From assembly GCA_010093605.1 (NCBI GenBank), contig MU004194.1:1030323-1094322 (forward strand): 64,000 nt of DNA, in the 5' to 3' direction. Positions 58,885 through 64,000 of this stretch are shown here, piece after piece. The position numbers and the translations under genes are program-made. Source of the DNA: Lophium mytilinum (Eukaryota). Within the stretch, counting starts at the first letter, position 1; every line of letters starts with the position of its first letter. The notes beneath the pieces are model-generated. The model did no database searches. It was not told where the DNA came from and worked only from the letters and a program-made list of their open reading frames with translations.

Positions 58885-60811
58885 TTAAGATGAGGCACCA
58901 CTTGACAGAGATTGAGAGACTTCTTTCTCGTCTCCGAAAGGATTCACAGGGGACGAGGGCCTGCTCCTCTCCTCTGCTTCTTGCATTATTTTCGCTTCTT
59001 GAGTTACCATCAACTCCTGCGTGCTCGTCGCTCCTCCGACTGTCCTCACTTCTTGGACTATCGTTGCTTGACACGAGATTTTACTGCAAGTCTTTCTTCC
59101 CTCTTCTTCCTTCTCCAGCTTCTTCTTCAATCCACCATCCTTGATGAAGATGCATAGACAGAGACAGAAAGCAATGAGGGCAGACCAGAAGATGAACACG
59201 CTTCTGCAAGCTTCCAAGTATGCACCCAACACCTCGTCCTGATGACCAGCAAGCAATCCATCCAGAGGCGGAGCTGCAAATATGGAGTCGAGAATGGCAC
59301 GAGTCATTGAGTCGGACAGCGTTCTAGGTATATTTCTCCGCAGCGCATTCGAGAAGATGCCGGTACCGATAGCCATCCCAGCTGAAGCACCCAGGGCGCG
59401 GATGTAGTTTCGGGTTGTCACACATACCGCGCGATCCTCTGATGGCGACTGATTTTGGGCGAGAACGAGCGCTGTAAAATGTTAGCGTGGTTTGCTGAGT
59501 AGTATTCAGAATTTCTCTTACTAGGCTGAAAGATGCAGCCAACGCCAAATCCGGTCAGAATAAGGACGATTACGATCGTCACTACAGAGGTAGTCCGGTC
59601 AAACAGATAGTGTAGCCCCGCGCCAGTGGTCCAGCAAACGAAGCCAAACCAAATGACTTCGACATTTCTTCCTGTCCACGCACTATATTGTCCTGACAAT
59701 GCTGAGCCGGTGGATTGTGAGATCACCAGCGGGATGATTAGTGCGGCTGCCTTTGCATCCGTCCATCGACGGACTGACTGGAAGTATACCGGAAGAAAGA
59801 ACAGCTCGCTGAAGTACACAGCGCCGATGAGAAAGTTTTGTGTGAACATTGCGCCGAGTGGTAGGGTTCCGAACAGTCGTCCTAGTATATACATCAGTAT
59901 GTTGCTTGGAAGAAACAGTTCTAGGCCACTTACCTGGTATCATTGGTAGAGGAGCAAACTTCCGTTCATTGATGATGAAGAGGACCATGCAAATGCCACC
60001 AAGAGTAAGCATCGAAATGACCAAGGGACTGGTAGCCTTGAATTCCGAGCCCAGTCCAGCGACCGGAATCAAAATCAGTATAGTCCCTGCAGTGCTCAAA
60101 ACTATCCCAGCATAGTCAATCTTCCGAAGGGTGTCGCAAAGGGCCTGTTTCGGCATGTTTTTTGCAGGAAGTGTGTATATCAACAAGCAGCCGACGGTAA
60201 CTGCGAGTGGGCATAGTAGGAAGAAGGTGTGTCGCCAGGAGCTGTGTTCAGCAAAATGAGCCGCAATCAAAGGTCCGAGGGAGTTTCCTAGTCCGACGCA
60301 GGCTCCAAGAATTCCTTGATACCTGTAGCATTTAGGTCAGGTAGGTAATTTAGCGTAGGACTGCTCCAACTTACTTTCCTCTTTTTTCTATCGTCACAAC
60401 GTCAGACACGATTATCATGCAGAGCGCGGTGATGCCGCCGTTCCCAATACCCGCGATGCCGCGAAAGGCGTAAAACTGGGGACCTGTCTTCGCAAGACCG
60501 CAGAGAAGGTCGCCGAGGGCTAGAATTGCCAGAGATGCGACAATCACGACCTTACGACCAAAGATGTCTGAAAATCGACCGACAAGCGGCTGAACTACTG
60601 TATTGGCAATCCATGCCGATGTTCCGGCCCAAAGAACAGTTGAGGCGCAGTGGAGGTCCTTTCCGATTCTAGGCAAAGCTACTCCTATCGAGTTCGAGTC
60701 GAAGTAACTGGTGAAGAAGGCCGTGGCGAGGGCGCCAAACACGATGAGTAGCTGGCGCGTGGGGAGGATGTTTGTTTGGTCATGAATGGTGACACTCTTT
60801 GCGAAAGCCAT
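58885..60811 (-). CDS. MFS transporter, DHA2 (14-TM drug:H+ antiporter) type
   Basis: HDQTNILP, GRFSDIFGRK (motif A), FRGIAGIGNGG, IIVSDVVTIEKRGK|YQGILG, RNYIRALGASAGMAIG. Three short introns. Confidence 0.9.
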
Positions 60812-62329
60812 ATCGAGGAGTTTTATCGACGATTATCGACTGTGCTTGTAGTGTGGCTATAAAAGAAAGCCGAGCTTCTTGCTGGAATTGTGCTTCGTTC
60901 ACGTAGGGTGGTGCAAGAAAGTTGGAGAAGAAGACAGGTCCGACATTTCAAGAAAACGCATATGTGCGGACAGGTCCTGAAGGTCGGAATTCCTAGGTTT
61001 GAGATCAGAGCGCGAGAACAGAGCACAGGGTTTGCCGAATATATGGGCTGCCGGCTGTGATTCTTCTACCTTGGTACGCATCCATACATTTCCGGGTCGA
61101 CTTCTTGGCCGACCCAAAAAGTCATTGTGTTGAGCTGCACTATGTTGTTTCGACTGACACAAGGGCTAGTACTTTGACTTGATTACTATAAATCCATGAA
61201 ACAACGACAGTGCTATGCTTGGAAAGTGATTGCAGAAGTGGCCAGTAATGCGCCTGCCCTAGTGAACATGAAGAGGCGGCGCGCCGTTGATGATACACGT
61301 CAGAATCCGCATTTTGGTGGAGCTTCTGGTTCAGGTTAGGAGTATAGACTGTGACTCAAAATTTTGGAAGTGGTCCAGCGATGATAGAATCATTATCTTG
61401 AATTATGGTGGGACGTTGAAAGGAGAGCCGTGGGAAGCTTGTGGAGAAGTGCCTTGCGCTAGGCAGAAAAGCGCTGGACTGTTTTGTCACCCTTGCTTAA
61501 CATCTAGCCATGATACCCAGGCTTGCTCAACCCTTCATTAACACCACGGGGCTTTCACTCACTGATCAGACATTACAAGCTGGTACATTTAGCACAGCCG
61601 GGTTGGTATGTTGCGTTCCAGAGCTCTTTCGGCTAGGTTCTTCCTCCTCGTCCTATCATGACCCCCTTTCCGGCCGGCAGATCACGATAAAAAGAATCCA
61701 CAAACCCGGCAATGCCTCACAACGTGGGAAAATGCTCTCCTCCAAGCTCCGGGCAGTTTAGTGCTCAAGTTCGTCTGTCTGCGCCCCGACTTCCCGGATC
61801 TCTTGAGACATACCACGGAAGCGGATTTACCAGAATAGCAATCGTAAAGACCGTTGATTTTGTTCATGGGAACATCGATACCTGGACTTCCTTACTGAGC
61901 ACTATGGCCAGCTCTGTAGTCGCCGACCACTGCGGTGTTAGTAGCTATTGTTCATTTTGAGGCATCTTATATGACTGAGAAACCGGAGTTACCGGCTGTC
62001 CAACACCAAAAGCGGTCAAAAGATGGTCATCCTATATGATACGGCAAATACTCTCGGTTCATAGTTATGCGAAGGTATTTCGAGGCCTATTACTGGTGTG
62101 AAAAGGGAGATACTGATATGCAAAGGATCTGAAAGATGAGATACAAGAGATCACGTGACGTCTCAACCTCGATATACTTACCCACCACTACTCTGGAACC
62201 CCAGCCGGAAGATACGGCGACTAACTCCTCAGCACGTGAGCCTACTTCCCCAAGATATAAAGACCTTATCCCCTCCGAATGGCTCGCAGCGAAACTTCCA
62301 GCATCCACCCCAAACTTCCGGCCGGCAAA

Positions 62330-63543
62330 ATGTCCACACCAGCACCCACAATCTATCAACCCCTTCATTCCTCCCTTCTCCCTAAATTAGACCACGAATA
62401 TGTTGCCTTCCACAACGAACATCTCGCACAAATCATTCCCTCTGAGTCGGTGCCATGGGACCCTGCGTCCCGCTTCGTGGCATCCCCTTTGCGATTCGGT
62501 GCGCAGGAGAAAGTGCCGGTAGGGAGTACGCGGGATATCGAGAAGGGGGATTGGCAGGCGAGGGTGTTTACGCCTGAAGAAAAAGCAAAAGAAGGGAAGT
62601 GGCCGTGTCTTCTCTGGTTTCACGGTGGTGGGTGGGTGCTCGGAGGCTTGGATAGCGAGAATGCGTACTTGACGAGGGTATGCCGAGGTGAGTTCCATAG
62701 CTTTCCATCTACCAGAGAGCACTTGGCAGGTTCATTTAGAAGACCGAGACCACATCCAGAACGAAAGTTGACTTGATGATCTCTAGATGTTAGCTGTGTC
62801 GTCGTTTCTATCAACTACCGCCACGCGCCCGAACACCCCTATCCCGCCGCCGCCGACGACTCATTAGCAGGACTGCAGTGGATCGTCTCCGAAGAAGGTT
62901 CAAAAGAGCTAGATATTGACGTTGCACGAATCGCCGTCGGTGGCCTATCTGCGTACGTTCATCGCATCCAACTTTCCCTTGAAGCCTGCTAACGTCCCAC
63001 AGCGGCGGCGGCCTCGCTGCAACCGTCACCATGCGCGCCGCCTTCGCCTCTCCTCAAATTCCCCTGCTCTTCCAGCTCCTCATCTGCCCCGTACTCGACA
63101 ACACCGCTACCGCTGACTCTCCCGACTCTCGCTGGTACTCTAACCGGCACGCGCCCTTTCTAACCCCAAGCCGCATGCTCAACTACCGAAACCACTACTT
63201 CAAGAATTCTGCCGACTGGGCGAACTTTGACGCCAGTCCCATCCTTGCAAGCCCGGAGCAGCTGGCAGGGAGCCCGAAGACGTGGATTAGCGTAGCGGAG
63301 TGTGACTTGCTGGCTAAAGAGGCGGAAGATTTTGGGGGGTTGTTGAAAGGACAGGGCGTGGAGACGGAGGTAGTGGTTTATGAAGGGTGTACGCATAGTT
63401 TGTTGATGCTTGCAGGGTGAGTGGATTCTTTCGTTTGATAACGTGGGATATTAGTGATGCTAATTGTGAAAAGGGTTATGGAGAAGGGCAGACGACTGGT
63501 CAGCGAGTCTTGTGAGGCGTTGAAGGAGGCGTTGCATTCGTGA
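62330..63543 (+). CDS. HSL-family lipase/esterase (alpha/beta hydrolase-3)
   Basis: WFHGGGWVLG, NYRHAPEHPYPAA, nucleophile G-L-S-A|G-G split by an intron, AECDLL, YEGCTH. Confidence 0.9.
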
Positions 63544-63788
63544 TTAATTTTCATTAGAAGCAACTTAATCATAACCCTCCTAGTCCAACCGCGCCTAAGA
63601 ATACAGAGGAATAATTCAAAGCGCCCTAGTCCAGCCGCCTTTAATATTACAGATGAAGGGTTCAAAGCGCTAACGAAGGACCAAATTCTCGCACCCATTG
63701 TCCTTAACGCCATGGGAGACCGGCCCCAACATCCCACATCTTCACTTTCCACTTTCACCCGCCAGGCTCAAAACCTTGAGGGCCATGC

Positions 63789-64000
63789 TCATTCAAGGGG
63801 AAAATCATACCAATCAGCCGCCCTATTCCTCAGCATCTCCACCTGTTCCCTAAACCTCTCCGTCTTAAAGACAACCACAATCTCATCCGCCTCAATCTCC
63901 GCCAAAACCCCCCTATACCGTCTTCTGAGCAAATCATACTCCTTGGCCATCACCACCAGATCCCCGTTCCACTTCCCCTTGCACAGCCTCCGCAGCTTCG
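63789..64000 (-). CDS. C-terminal end of a hypothetical protein (5' part outside window)
   Basis: Open frame KLRRLCKGKWNGDLVVMAKEYDLLRRRYRG...DWYDFPLE* with the purine-rich 3' composition seen in other genes here. Confidence 0.45.
   Translation of the reverse strand, partial: KLRRLCKGKWNGDLVVMAKEYDLLRRRYRGVLAEIEADEIVVVFKTERFREQVEMLRNRAADWYDFPLE

Noticed and set aside
58520..59074. 184-aa ORF overlapping the MFS 3' end
   Set aside because: Alternate-frame overlap, no recognisable motifs and no independent promoter evidence.
58885..63543. Secondary-metabolite cluster (methyltransferase, MFS, esterase)
   Set aside because: No backbone enzyme or pathway regulator in view, and the methyltransferase is a conserved housekeeping type.

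Overview
Gene-dense genomic DNA from a filamentous ascomycete (short GT-AG introns with CTRAC branch sites, RIP-like TpA-rich relics). Recognisable conserved genes: TYW1 (truncated by the window edge), PAT1, a KRE2/KTR GT15 mannosyltransferase, a PhyH-type dioxygenase, a nitrilase, a PTH11-like membrane protein, a C45/AAT Ntn-hydrolase, tRNase Z (TRZ1), a bZIP factor, a sulfotransferase-like P-loop protein, an N2227/CARNMT1 methyltransferase, a DHA2 MFS transporter and an HSL-family esterase. Orphan-looking genes lie between them. The most notable are: a tandem array of four paralogs sharing an unusual C-H-C-H-C-C-C-C zinc motif, one carrying SIM-like repeats and a TFIIB/cyclin-like C-terminus; a probable gasdermin-fold gene with no subtilisin or CHAT partner in view; a divergent pair of HeLo-like/NLR-associated genes, one with a single premature stop; and an orphan with 10-aa RHIM-like/TQT repeats. 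A ~220-bp Tc1/mariner-type MITE family is present in at least five copies, one with a visible empty-site paralog. All calls come from manual translation and motif recognition; no database searches were run.
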